A stretch of 64,000 nt of DNA from a virus: IMG/VR virus record IMGVR_UViG_3300042509_001112, positions 1-64,000 of that record; one strand, written 5' to 3'. Position 1 is the first letter of the stretch. The number at the start of each line of letters is the position of its first letter. Shown piece after piece: positions 45,769 to 56,312 of the stretch. The translations under genes were made by a program, and so were the position numbers. Under the pieces are notes generated by a model that was not told where the DNA came from, ran no database searches, and saw only the letters and a program-made list of their open reading frames with translations.

Positions 45769-48339
45769 ATGAACAAATTCAACTTAAATATTACTTTTCC
45801 TAACCAGAAACTACCAGAATCATCTAAAAATGAGGAATGGCGTAAGCAAAATGTAGATGCTGCTGAAACTTTGATATTGAATCAAAACCAATATACAAGA
45901 AATTCTAGGTATTCTAAGCTGGTTAACTACGATTTATATGCAGGTAAGCTCCATCCTAGTGATATGGAACTTATTATGAATCCTTTGGGGTTAAAAGATG
46001 TACATTTTCCTGCAAGACCTTTAAATCACTCTATTATTAATCCTTATATTAAGACTTTAATAGGTGAGGAAATTAAAAGAAGGTTTGATTACCATCTTAA
46101 AGTTAATAATGAAGATGCTATTAGTGAAAAAGAGAAAGCTCAAATACAATCTTATCAACAATTAATTGAGCAAATATTACTTGAAGGTTTAGAACAACCT
46201 CAAGAGCAAACTGAGGAAGCTAAAGCTGCTTTTGAAGCTGAAGTTGAGAAAAGACTTAGACAAAAGAAACAATACATGACCTATGAGTGGCAAGATGTTA
46301 GAGAAATTGCTGGTACTAGGTTATTAAAATATTATACACAAAAGAATAACTTACCTGATGCCTTTATGAGAGGGTTTGAGGATAGTTTAATTTGTGCTGA
46401 AGAAATCTATAGAATAGATGTAGAGAACAACGAACCTGTTGTTTACAAATGTAATCCTCTTAATACTTATTTTTTACTACCTCCTAACTCTAATAAAGTA
46501 GAGGACTGTGATATTATTATTGAGGAGGATTATGTACCTGTTAGTAAGATTATAGATGATTATTATGAATACCTTAAACCATCTGAAATTGATTGGTTAG
46601 GTGAACGTACTATGTATAAAGCTAAAGGTACTTATGGTGGACCTGTTAACTATGAGTTACAAGATCCTACCTTTGCAATACCATTTGGTTTTACTAATAG
46701 TATTAATATTAATCAAGTAAATGTATCTGCTAATAGTTATCTTGCATTTGATTCACAAAACAATGTAAGACGTGTTAAAGTTGTATGGAGAAGTCTTAAG
46801 AAAGTAGGTGTATTATCTTATATAGATGAGTTAGGACAACCTCAAGAAACTTATGTACCTGAAACATATAAGGTAAACAAAGAAGCTGGAGAATCAGTTA
46901 AATGGATTTGGATTGGTGAGTGGTGGGAAGGTACTAAACTTGCTAATGATATCTATATTAAGATGCAACCTAGACCAATCCAGTTTAGAACTTTAAATAA
47001 CTTATCTAAATGTGCTAGCGGATATGTTGGTACTATTTACAAAACTAATAGTTCTCAACCTCAATCTCTATTAGACATTATGAAGTCTTATCAATACTTA
47101 TATAATGTTATTTATCATAGAACCCAATTAGCTTTTGCTAAGAATATTGGTAAGGTAGCTAACTTAGATTTAGCTAAAATGCCTGCTGGATGGGAACCTG
47201 ATAAGTGGTTATACTATATGAGAGAGATGGGATTAGCTGTAACTGATAGTTTTAATGAAGCTAAAAAAGGTGCTGCTACTGGTAAGTTAGCTGGTAATAT
47301 GTCTAGTAATCAAGCTGTGTTAGATTTGGATATGGGTAACTATATTCAACAACATATTGAGATGCTACAATATATTAAAACTGAACTTGATTTAGTAACT
47401 GGTATTACTCCACAAAGACGTGGACAATATACTTCATCTGATCAAGGATTAGGTGTAACACAAGAAAATAAGTTAGCTAGTTCTAATATTACTGAATGGT
47501 ATTATAAGATCCATGATAACACTAAAGTTAGGGTATTATCCCACTTACTAGAAACAGCTAAATACTGTTTACGTAATGGTAATAAGAATATCCAATATAT
47601 AGAAGATGATTATACTACTAAAATATATCAAGTTGATGGAGAGCTTGTAAATGAATCAGAATACGATTTATTTATTAGAGATGCTGTAGAGGATGGACAA
47701 GCTATTGAAATGTTACGTAGAGCTACAGAAATAGGTTTACAAACTGGTCAGGTTAATATTATCCAATTGATGGATATCTATAGTAATCAATCATTAGCTT
47801 CTATTAGAAGAAAGATTGAGAGATCTGTAGCTGAAGCACAAGAGCAAGCTCAACAAGCTCAAGAAATGCAATTACAACAGCAAAAGGCTATTGAAGATCA
47901 AAAAGCTCAAATTGAAATGGAAAAGCTTAGACTTAAGCAATATGAAATTGATCAAAACAATCAGACTAAGATTGCTATTGCTGAGATGCAAGCTTATGCT
48001 ATGGATGAAGGATCTTCTCCAGAGTTAATTGATAGGACTGCAGAATATGCATTTAAACAACAAGAAATATCTCAAAAAGCATTTAATGAGCAAGAAAAGC
48101 TTAGACATGCTAAAGAAGTAAAAGATAAAGAACTTGATCTTAAGCGTAGAGAACTTGATGAAAGGATGAAGATTGAGAATAAGAAACTAGAGCAAATTGA
48201 AGTACAAAATAAAAACCAAGAGTACTTAAAAGAGCTTGATGTTAAGATGAAGAAAGAAGAACTTAACGCTAAGAAAGAGATTGAAAAAATAAAACTACAA
48301 GCAGCTAAATCTAAAGCTAGATCTTCAACTAAAAAGTAA
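45769..48339 (+). CDS. Portal protein (crAss-like)
   Basis: Follows terL; FPNQKL..KNEEW, NYDLY.G, LIGEE..R, WIGEWWEG, TGITPQRRG, long C-terminal coiled coil. Confidence 0.85.
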   Translation: MNKFNLNITFPNQKLPESSKNEEWRKQNVDAAETLILNQNQYTRNSRYSKLVNYDLYAGKLHPSDMELIMNPLGLKDVHFPARPLNHSIINPYIKTLIGEEIKRRFDYHLKVNNEDAISEKEKAQIQSYQQLIEQILLEGLEQPQEQTEEAKAAFEAEVEKRLRQKKQYMTYEWQDVREIAGTRLLKYYTQKNNLPDAFMRGFEDSLICAEEIYRIDVENNEPVVYKCNPLNTYFLLPPNSNKVEDCDIIIEEDYVPVSKIIDDYYEYLKPSEIDWLGERTMYKAKGTYGGPVNYELQDPTFAIPFGFTNSININQVNVSANSYLAFDSQNNVRRVKVVWRSLKKVGVLSYIDELGQPQETYVPETYKVNKEAGESVKWIWIGEWWEGTKLANDIYIKMQPRPIQFRTLNNLSKCASGYVGTIYKTNSSQPQSLLDIMKSYQYLYNVIYHRTQLAFAKNIGKVANLDLAKMPAGWEPDKWLYYMREMGLAVTDSFNEAKKGAATGKLAGNMSSNQAVLDLDMGNYIQQHIEMLQYIKTELDLVTGITPQRRGQYTSSDQGLGVTQENKLASSNITEWYYKIHDNTKVRVLSHLLETAKYCLRNGNKNIQYIEDDYTTKIYQVDGELVNESEYDLFIRDAVEDGQAIEMLRRATEIGLQTGQVNIIQLMDIYSNQSLASIRRKIERSVAEAQEQAQQAQEMQLQQQKAIEDQKAQIEMEKLRLKQYEIDQNNQTKIAIAEMQAYAMDEGSSPELIDRTAEYAFKQQEISQKAFNEQEKLRHAKEVKDKELDLKRRELDERMKIENKKLEQIEVQNKNQEYLKELDVKMKKEELNAKKEIEKIKLQAAKSKARSSTKK

Positions 48340-48340
48340 T

Positions 48341-50995
48341 ATGTTACTAAATAATAAGCATTACTATAATCTACCTCCACAAGAAAGAAAAGACTTGTGG
48401 AAACACTATAAAAAAGTATATCCTAATATGGGGTATACTGATATGGTTAAACATTTTAATGGTGAAGTAGAGAACTATCAATTTGGTGGTAGAACTGATT
48501 ATTTTGATAGTGATGTTAAGAAGTTTGCTGATGGTGGAGAAACTAATGATAATAAAAATAATGCTCCATATAGACAATTATCTATTCCAATGGAAGGATA
48601 TGAGCCAGATCCATTATTTTATAATACTTTATCTAAAACTGAAACTAAAAAACTAAATACAAAAACTAATACAAAAACTAATACTCAAAAATCTGAAACT
48701 TCAGATTTAACAAAATATTTATTAAATAAATATAAAAATCAAAATTCACAATATACACAACCTAGATATGTAGCTGAACCAAGTACTACAAGTACAGCTA
48801 AACCTGTAATTATTAATCAAGATTTAATACAGCAAAGTAATTTAAATAAAAATAAAGGTACTTTAAAAGGTATAGATAAAATGCCTGAACAACCTCTTAC
48901 TAGAGAAGAAGTTAGGAAAGGTATAAAATTTACAACTGATGTAGCTGGTTTATTATATCCTCCAGCAGCTATTGCTGGATCTGCTATGGATATGTATCAA
49001 GGAGATAAAACAGGTGCTTTATTAGGTTTAATACCTGGAACTAAAGATTTTTTAGCTAGTAAAAATATGGCTACTAAATTTGCTACAAAAGCTTTTAATT
49101 TAGGAATACCTAATAAAGTAATACAACCATCTAAAAAAGTAATTAGAGAAGCTGGTAAATATATTAAAGGATCTGCTGAAGTAGTTGATGCTAAAGATGA
49201 TATAGGTAAACCTATAGTAGAAACATTAAAATCTAAGTACAAACAAGGTGGTTTAATTAAAAAATATGAAGATGGTGGTACAGATAAACCTAAAGTAAAC
49301 TCTAAAATACTTAGTGGATTAGCAAATAACATACCAAAAAATAGACTTGAAGCTGAAAGTAGAGAAGAATATAAAAGAATGCATCCTGAAATAGAAGCAG
49401 CAAACTTTTATAATAAGATACAAAAAAATATAAATCAAACTTCTGAAATATATCAATCTGGTCCTAAAAAAGGTCAACCTACAGGTAAAGGTGCTTTAGA
49501 ACCATCTTATCCTGAAATGATGTTAATGCCAGGTAGTTTACCTATTAAAGCTGCTAGTAAAATAGGTAAGGCAGCCGTAGGTGTGGCAGAAGCATTAAAC
49601 CCTATAGGAGGAATGAAAAGTTTAAAACCTACATCTGTAAGTTCATCTGTAGATGATATTGGTAGAAATTTAGCAGATTTACAAAAAGCTCAAAAGTTTG
49701 CACAACAGTATGGGTATGAGTTACCTGCAAATTTAGAAAGAATATCTCAGTCAAATATGCTTACTGATAGAACTATTAGAGGTATGATGGATAGGCATAA
49801 TACTTTTGTAAGAGGTGTTAGTACAAATTGGGATGAAATTGCAAAAAGAAATCCAGAGATATTAAGACATCTTGAAAGTAAAGGAATTGATTGGCAAAAT
49901 AATCCTAAAGCAGCAGCAGAATATATGGCTACTCACATTCCTATTAATACTGGATATGGTAGAGCATCTTTAAATACTGAAGTTTTTGATAGAGGGTTAC
50001 AAGGATTATACACATCTAACTCTATACCTACAGCTGAAGGTTATACTTACGGTCAAGGTTTTATTACAAAGGTGAAAAAACCTACAGACTTTTTTTCCCC
50101 TAATAGACAAGATTGGATTACTAAAAATAATCCGCATTATAGAGATGAAGATAAATTTAGAGAATTAATGTTTCCTCTTTCAGATGAAACTAAATATGCA
50201 ATTCATTCTTCTAAATCTAAAATGTGGACACCTAAAAGTGCAGATGAAAAATTATTAAAAAATGCTACTTCTAAACAGAAAGCAATCAAAGAGGTAGAGT
50301 ATAGAATAGAACAACTTAAAAAAGATATTTCTGAAATTGAACCAAATAAAGATAAGTGGATTGATGCTCCAGAAGTAATTTATTCTAAAAAAGAATTAGT
50401 AAAACAATTAGAAAATGATATAAAATATTTAGAAAAACATGGGGATGAAATACTACAAACTCCTGGAGAATTTAATCTTTTAAGAACTGAAAGAAGTAAT
50501 CTACCTACAGATCCCTATAATTTTTTAATAGCTAAAGAAGGAAATGCAAAAAGACTTTCTGAATGGTTAAAAAAACAACCTTACCAAGAAAAAATGAGAG
50601 AGGTAAATGATCTTGGTGAATCTTTAAGAAAATATAGTTGGGATGAACAACAACCAATTAGAGCAAAAATAAAAGAGTTACAAGATGAAGTAAATGCTTT
50701 GTATAATCAAAGTGTTCAAGATTATATGAAAGCTAATCATCCTGACTATGATCCTATTAATAAATATGCTCATTACATACATTTAGGTACACCTGGACAA
50801 AAAGTATTAGAACCTATTAAAAGTTGGGAGATTACTCCTGAGATATGGAAAAATAAATCAAGGGCACACACTAATAAATATTCTAAAAAATTTAGTGCGT
50901 TAAAATATGGAGGATTTATAGGAATAGGAGGAGCAGGATTATTAGGAGCAGGAGCATTACAACAAAATAAAAAGAAGGGAGGATTAATTAAATGA
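48341..50995 (+). CDS. Modular putative virion cargo protein with repeated [YF]xxGG motifs and an ADP-ribosyltransferase-like segment
   Basis: YQFGG, KFADGG, KYKQGG, KYEDGG, LKYGG, KKKGG; TFVRGV...GLYTSNSIPTAEGY. Confidence 0.5.
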   Translation: MLLNNKHYYNLPPQERKDLWKHYKKVYPNMGYTDMVKHFNGEVENYQFGGRTDYFDSDVKKFADGGETNDNKNNAPYRQLSIPMEGYEPDPLFYNTLSKTETKKLNTKTNTKTNTQKSETSDLTKYLLNKYKNQNSQYTQPRYVAEPSTTSTAKPVIINQDLIQQSNLNKNKGTLKGIDKMPEQPLTREEVRKGIKFTTDVAGLLYPPAAIAGSAMDMYQGDKTGALLGLIPGTKDFLASKNMATKFATKAFNLGIPNKVIQPSKKVIREAGKYIKGSAEVVDAKDDIGKPIVETLKSKYKQGGLIKKYEDGGTDKPKVNSKILSGLANNIPKNRLEAESREEYKRMHPEIEAANFYNKIQKNINQTSEIYQSGPKKGQPTGKGALEPSYPEMMLMPGSLPIKAASKIGKAAVGVAEALNPIGGMKSLKPTSVSSSVDDIGRNLADLQKAQKFAQQYGYELPANLERISQSNMLTDRTIRGMMDRHNTFVRGVSTNWDEIAKRNPEILRHLESKGIDWQNNPKAAAEYMATHIPINTGYGRASLNTEVFDRGLQGLYTSNSIPTAEGYTYGQGFITKVKKPTDFFSPNRQDWITKNNPHYRDEDKFRELMFPLSDETKYAIHSSKSKMWTPKSADEKLLKNATSKQKAIKEVEYRIEQLKKDISEIEPNKDKWIDAPEVIYSKKELVKQLENDIKYLEKHGDEILQTPGEFNLLRTERSNLPTDPYNFLIAKEGNAKRLSEWLKKQPYQEKMREVNDLGESLRKYSWDEQQPIRAKIKELQDEVNALYNQSVQDYMKANHPDYDPINKYAHYIHLGTPGQKVLEPIKSWEITPEIWKNKSRAHTNKYSKKFSALKYGGFIGIGGAGLLGAGALQQNKKKGGLIK

Positions 50996-51285
50996 TAACT
51001 AACTTCAACATATTTGGACAACTTATTAAGATAGAAACTCGTAAGTCTTTATACAAAAAGAAGTGTTTAGGTATGTGGTTAGCTAATGAAAATACAATTC
51101 TTATACAAGAGAATACTGATAAATATCCTCTTAATGATGATATAATTAATCAAACTACTTGTCATGAAATTATACATGCTTGGTTAGATAAATGTAATTA
51201 TCATAAGCTTTCTGATGATGAACAATTAGTTGATTTACTAGGTAGTTGTTTACATGAATTCTTAACTTCACAAAGTAAAAACTAG
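50992..51285 (+). CDS. Small zincin-like metallopeptidase
   Basis: LGMW..NTILI...TTCHEIIHA...DEQLVD (HExxH plus downstream Glu). Confidence 0.7.
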   Translation: MITNFNIFGQLIKIETRKSLYKKKCLGMWLANENTILIQENTDKYPLNDDIINQTTCHEIIHAWLDKCNYHKLSDDEQLVDLLGSCLHEFLTSQSKN

Positions 51286-51363
51286 ATATTAAGCTATTAA
51301 CAGAAAAAATATAAAATAAATAATTATAATACAAATTATAAATAAACTAATATATTAACTAAC

Positions 51364-52515
51364 ATGACTGAAAAAAACGAATTATTTGAAGGGTTAGGGT
51401 CCTTTCTTTTAAATCAAGATTCTGTAAGTGTTGATTCTTTAGAAGGTGCTAATACACCACCTGCTGCTGAAGAAGAAACTACTACTACAGAAACCCCAAA
51501 TGCTAATGTTGTTACGCTAGATGAATTAGAGGCAGATCTAGCTGGACAAGCAGAAGAAACTAGTACTGAAGAAACAACTGTTGAATCTACAGATGATATA
51601 GATGATTCTGAAAAAGTAACTACTGAGTCTAAAGACTCAACAATCTACAAAACTTTATCTGAGTTTCTTAAAGAAGAAGGTATAGTTGATGAAGTGTTTG
51701 AAGATAAAGATTCATTATTTAACTACTTCAAATCAGTAGCTGAGAATGAAATAAAAGAGTGGAGAAGTAATTTACCTGAAGAGATTACAACTATTATTGA
51801 GAACTATGAACAAGGAGTACCTTTTGATGAGTTGCTTAGTATTACTTCTAATCAAATTAGATTAGATTCAATTGATGATGAAGTGTTATCTGATAATCTT
51901 GAATTACAAAAAAACCTAGTTAGAAATTATTACCTTAATAAAGGTTTTAATGAATCTAAGATTGAAAAGATGATTAGTAAGTCTTTAGAATTAGATGAAC
52001 TAGAAGAAGAAGCAACTGAAGCTTTAAGTGAACTTAAAGAATTAGAAGCTCAAAGATTAGAAGAACTAAAAGAAAGAACTAAACAAGAACAAGAAGAACA
52101 ACGTCTTGCTTATGAACAAACTATTAATAACTTGAATAACACTATTAAGGAAACTAAAGAAATTATTCCAGGTATTAAACTTGATGATAAAGCTAAGAAA
52201 GATCTTTTTAATATGATTACAAAACCTGCAACTCAAAAAGATGGTGTAAACTATTCTCAAGTAATGTTGCTAAGAGAGAAAGATCCTATTGGTTTTGAAG
52301 TAAAACTTAATTATTATGCTAAACTAGGATTGTTTGATGAAAACCCTAAGTTTGATTTAATAACTAAAAAGAGTGAAACTAAAGCATTAAATAAACTAGA
52401 AAAACAATTAGAAGAAGATTTAAAATCAAGAATCAACAAATCTAATGCTAATTCTAGAAATTCTGATGATAATTCAGATGTACTTGATGCTTTAAAAACA
52501 GTATTTAAAAAATAA
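51364..52515 (+). CDS. Putative capsid scaffolding protein
   Basis: Highly acidic coiled-coil protein immediately upstream of the major capsid gene. Confidence 0.6.
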   Translation: MTEKNELFEGLGSFLLNQDSVSVDSLEGANTPPAAEEETTTTETPNANVVTLDELEADLAGQAEETSTEETTVESTDDIDDSEKVTTESKDSTIYKTLSEFLKEEGIVDEVFEDKDSLFNYFKSVAENEIKEWRSNLPEEITTIIENYEQGVPFDELLSITSNQIRLDSIDDEVLSDNLELQKNLVRNYYLNKGFNESKIEKMISKSLELDELEEEATEALSELKELEAQRLEELKERTKQEQEEQRLAYEQTINNLNNTIKETKEIIPGIKLDDKAKKDLFNMITKPATQKDGVNYSQVMLLREKDPIGFEVKLNYYAKLGLFDENPKFDLITKKSETKALNKLEKQLEEDLKSRINKSNANSRNSDDNSDVLDALKTVFKK

Positions 52516-52548
52516 AATTAACCCTTAACAATATAAATTTTAAAATTA

Positions 52549-54042
52549 ATGAGTCAAATTATTAACCAATTGCAAAAATTTAGTCCTAAGGATTGGAGTG
52601 GTTTAACCACAAAAAATCACATTGGGGCTATGTATGGTGAACAACCTATCATGGTGTCTGAATTGATCAGTAATATCTACGATGTTAATCTAGGATTAGA
52701 TTTCGATAGATTTATGGAACAATTTGAAACTATGGAAATTGAAAGAGATGCTCCTTTTGAATGGATGCTTAACTCTCAATCACCTTTCAAAAACATTCCA
52801 TTACTTGCGTATTACACTGATGTAGCTTTAACTAGTCCTGCTACAAGTGCTACTCCTGGTATTGGTAATTCAAGTTTTTACTTGGAATTTCCTGATCGTA
52901 TTTTTGAGTATTCTGATGTAATTGCTCCTGCTAGCTATGCAAAAGAAACTTATCAAATGCGTGTTATGTCTGATCCTAAGCCTAATGGTGCTAACTGGTG
53001 CTATGAAGTAGCTTTAGTATCTGGTGATGCTAACTTGTTTGTTCCTGTAAGTGAACTTACAAATGGTGTACGTTTTGTTAAAATGTATGCTTTAGCTGAA
53101 CAAACTCTTTCTCAACGTGGTTCTAGTTCATTGAACTTCAGTTCACCGTTTAGAATGCAAAATCGTTGCTCATTCATGCGTTCTGAGTACTTAGTACCTG
53201 GTGATATGATTGATCAAAAAGAAAATGCTCCACTTGGATTCTTCTTTGTAGATGCTCAAGGTAAACGTCATACTACCTGGTTAGGTAAACTTGACTACGA
53301 CTTTATGGTATCTTGGAAGAGAATGAAGTCTATGGCTCAGTTGTATGGAAAATCTTTGAAAAACTCTCAAGGTTCTTACACCATGAAGGGAGATTCAGGA
53401 TATGAAATCAAAACTGGTTACGGACTTTTGGATCAAATTTCTCCTTCAAATGTACACTACTACACTACATTTAATATTGATGTATTAAGTGAAATCTTAA
53501 TGAGTTTATCAGTAGGTAAACTTCCTGAAGATCAACGTAGATTTGTACTTGGTACAGGTGAGTATGGTATGCGTCAGTTCCACAAAGCTGTTGAAACCAA
53601 AGCTGTAACATTTGCTCCTTCAAGAGAAGAAATTCGTATTGGTGGTACACTTACTAATATGAGTTATGGAGGTCAATTTAAGAAGTATTCATTTATCAAT
53701 GGTATTGAAATTGAATTGATGCACATTCCTTTCTTGGATGATCCTAGCTTGTGTGCTATTCAACATCCTGATGGTGGTATCTTAAGTTCATATGAATACT
53801 TAATTCTTGACTTTGGTACTTCACAAGGTAAACCAAACATTCAAAAAGTAACTGTAAAAGGTTCTCAAGATGTTTACAAATACATTCCTGGATTGCGTGA
53901 TCCATTTAGTCCATCTAATAGTGGTACTAAACCTGGTATGACTGTATCTAAGGTTGATGGTTATGAAGTAGTTCGTGCTTGTACCCTAGGTATTAAAGTA
54001 CATAATCCAATGAGATTAGCTCGTTTCATTCCTAATCTATAA
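52549..54042 (+). CDS. Major capsid protein (crAss-like, HK97 fold)
   Basis: WSGLTTKNH N-terminus, TGEYGMRQFH, YIPGLRDPF; strongly biased codons (CGT, TTC, TAC) implying high expression; followed by a terminator. Confidence 0.88.
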   Translation: MSQIINQLQKFSPKDWSGLTTKNHIGAMYGEQPIMVSELISNIYDVNLGLDFDRFMEQFETMEIERDAPFEWMLNSQSPFKNIPLLAYYTDVALTSPATSATPGIGNSSFYLEFPDRIFEYSDVIAPASYAKETYQMRVMSDPKPNGANWCYEVALVSGDANLFVPVSELTNGVRFVKMYALAEQTLSQRGSSSLNFSSPFRMQNRCSFMRSEYLVPGDMIDQKENAPLGFFFVDAQGKRHTTWLGKLDYDFMVSWKRMKSMAQLYGKSLKNSQGSYTMKGDSGYEIKTGYGLLDQISPSNVHYYTTFNIDVLSEILMSLSVGKLPEDQRRFVLGTGEYGMRQFHKAVETKAVTFAPSREEIRIGGTLTNMSYGGQFKKYSFINGIEIELMHIPFLDDPSLCAIQHPDGGILSSYEYLILDFGTSQGKPNIQKVTVKGSQDVYKYIPGLRDPFSPSNSGTKPGMTVSKVDGYEVVRACTLGIKVHNPMRLARFIPNL

Positions 54043-54052
54043 TTTAAAATTT

Positions 54053-54080
54053 AGTAGGGTGGGTTTTTACCCACTCTACT
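54053..54080 (+). terminator. Intrinsic terminator after major capsid gene
   Basis: AGTAGGGTGGGT-TTTT-ACCCACTCTACT followed by TTATTT. Confidence 0.8.
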
Positions 54081-54122
54081 TTATTTATATAAAAAGAAAC
54101 AAATTAATTATATATAAAAACT

Positions 54123-54977
54123 ATGGGGATAGTAGAAAAAGAACCTGTCACAATTGACAGTATTTTAAAAAACAAAAAGATTTTAGTAAAACCAATTCTA
54201 AGAAATAATGGTAACTTTCCTAAAGGACATGACGGAGAGTTTATGTATACTGATACAGTATGGTCTACAGATTTAAGACCTGAACCAGGTACAACCAGAT
54301 ATAAATCAGTATTGTCTGAACCAGAAAGAAAAGCATTTGAAGATGCTCTTAATCTTGAACCAGGTAATATGTCTTTTTATAAGAAGAATGGATTTTGGTC
54401 TACATTTAGAGTTAAACTAAATAAAGAAGGTAAGACTTTAGATTTAAATGACCCACTTCAATACTTAGAATATTTAGTATTAAAAAATGATAGAAGGATT
54501 GCTTCTAATTGGAATACTAAATATGATAGTGGAGAATACAAGTTTGCTTTAGTAGATGAAGATGAAACTATTAAAGATAATATAACTAAAACTGAAATTA
54601 ATAAGAAAGCTTATAAGTATTTTGGTAAGATTGAAGATTCTGTTGAAGAAATGGCTATGGTAATTAGATTAATTACTAATAGAATAGTTAAGAATAGTGA
54701 TGTAGAGTTTTTAAAATCTGAAATACAAAAAATAATTGATACAAATATTAAAGGATTTGTTGAAATTATGGAAGATAAACACTTTGCAACTAAAGCATTT
54801 ATTAGTAAGGCTGTTGATGCTAAAGCAATTGATAGAACTACTAAAGGTGGTTATTCTCTTAAAGGTGGAGATGAAATTGGTAGAACTTTACAAGAAACTG
54901 TAGAATTCTTAGAATCTCCTAAAAATCAAGACATCTATTTGAAGATTAAAGCTCAAATAGAAAACAGTAAAAAGTAA
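54123..54977 (+). CDS. Conserved crAss-like protein following the major capsid gene
   Basis: Synteny; FWSTFRVKL..TLDLNDP..YLEY motif. Confidence 0.6.
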   Translation: MGIVEKEPVTIDSILKNKKILVKPILRNNGNFPKGHDGEFMYTDTVWSTDLRPEPGTTRYKSVLSEPERKAFEDALNLEPGNMSFYKKNGFWSTFRVKLNKEGKTLDLNDPLQYLEYLVLKNDRRIASNWNTKYDSGEYKFALVDEDETIKDNITKTEINKKAYKYFGKIEDSVEEMAMVIRLITNRIVKNSDVEFLKSEIQKIIDTNIKGFVEIMEDKHFATKAFISKAVDAKAIDRTTKGGYSLKGGDEIGRTLQETVEFLESPKNQDIYLKIKAQIENSKK

Positions 54978-55042
54978 TTTATTAACCTACTTAGGAGTGA
55001 AACAATTAAACAGACCCTAAGTTAATATATAATTAAGTAGCA

Positions 55043-55759
55043 ATGACAAAACAAGAGTTCTTGAACAACTTTTATCTACAATTTGATAAATTAGCAAGTC
55101 AAGCTTTGCCAGGTTATGAGCCTGCCGAAATTTCAGCCATGGCAACAGAAGCTCAAGAACTCTTGGTTGTTACTTATTATACAGGTAATAACTCTACTGG
55201 AAAGTCTTTTGAACAGACTGAAAAAAGAATACAGGACTTAGGTGAGTTAGTTAAACATGCAATGCTAACACCACTTCCTTATAATCCTCTACTAAATATG
55301 CCTAATGGTGTATTTGTAGAGCTACCTAATACACTATTAGATAATCCTACAGATTATTCTGATGTTCACTGGTTTACTGTATATGAAGAAGTATTAACTA
55401 GTGATAAGTGTACTCCTCGTAAGTATGTTTTAGAGATTAATCATAACGAATATGTTAGAGCTCTAGACAATCCTTACAACAAACCTAATAAAAACAAAGT
55501 TTGGAGGATGAGAATTGAAGGTAGAAAACATGAATTAATTACAGATGGTTCTTATAACATACAAAAATATGTATTTAGATATGTTAAGAAACCTAACCCA
55601 ATTGATTTAACTACTAATTTAAATGATCAAGTAAGTCAACTATCTGATCATATTCATAGAGAGTTAGTTAGAAAAACTGTAGAAATAGCTGTTAAAGATA
55701 TTGAAGCTTATAATAGAATGCAAGCTGAGATTAGTACAAATAACACATACAGGGAATAA
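55043..55759 (+). CDS. Putative head-tail adaptor / tail ring protein
   Basis: FEQTEKRIQDL, YVKKPNPI, L..HIHRELV..V..A; synteny. Confidence 0.6.
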   Translation: MTKQEFLNNFYLQFDKLASQALPGYEPAEISAMATEAQELLVVTYYTGNNSTGKSFEQTEKRIQDLGELVKHAMLTPLPYNPLLNMPNGVFVELPNTLLDNPTDYSDVHWFTVYEEVLTSDKCTPRKYVLEINHNEYVRALDNPYNKPNKNKVWRMRIEGRKHELITDGSYNIQKYVFRYVKKPNPIDLTTNLNDQVSQLSDHIHRELVRKTVEIAVKDIEAYNRMQAEISTNNTYRE

Positions 55760-55839
55760 GCTATAGTTACACAAATTAATTCTTTAAAAATAACAATAAC
55801 AAATCAATTTATTAATATATTAATTAAAAAATCAAAGAA

Positions 55840-56274
55840 ATGTCTTTAAACAAAATTTCAAGTGCAAATAGAGCTGAAGTAAGAAGCTCATTAGATGAAG
55901 CTCTACCTGCTGTAGGTGGTGATGTTAATCCAATTGTAGATTATATCAACAATAGTTTTACACCAAGCACGGTTACTCAAGCTACTAGTATTACTACAGG
56001 AGTTACTTTAAACTCTAAATCTGGAGTTATTACTACAGTATCTACTACATTAGCAGCTGGTGCTTCAGCTAGTGCTTTTACATTAACAAACTCTACAATA
56101 ACTTCTAGTTCTGTTATTTTAACAAACTGTGAACAAGGAGCTACAGGTTCATCTGTAAATGCTTTAGTTAGTAGTATTGCTAATGGAAGTTGTAATATTA
56201 CATTAACTAATGTTGGTGGTACTACTACAGGAGCAGCTACTGTTAAAATTCACTTTTTAATAATTAACAATTAA
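55840..56274 (+). CDS. Putative capsid decoration / fibre-like structural protein
   Basis: TVTQATSITTGVTLNSKSGVITT, Thr/Ser-rich beta structure. Confidence 0.55.
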   Translation: MSLNKISSANRAEVRSSLDEALPAVGGDVNPIVDYINNSFTPSTVTQATSITTGVTLNSKSGVITTVSTTLAAGASASAFTLTNSTITSSSVILTNCEQGATGSSVNALVSSIANGSCNITLTNVGGTTTGAATVKIHFLIINN

Positions 56275-56312
56275 TTAATCAAATTATTTATAAACATTAA
56301 ACAAATTAAACA

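Noticed and set aside
48640-48690. AAAAACTAATAC tandem repeat, and the (NGT)4 repeat at ~58620-58655
   Set aside because: In-frame low-complexity coding repeats with no sign of an independent function.
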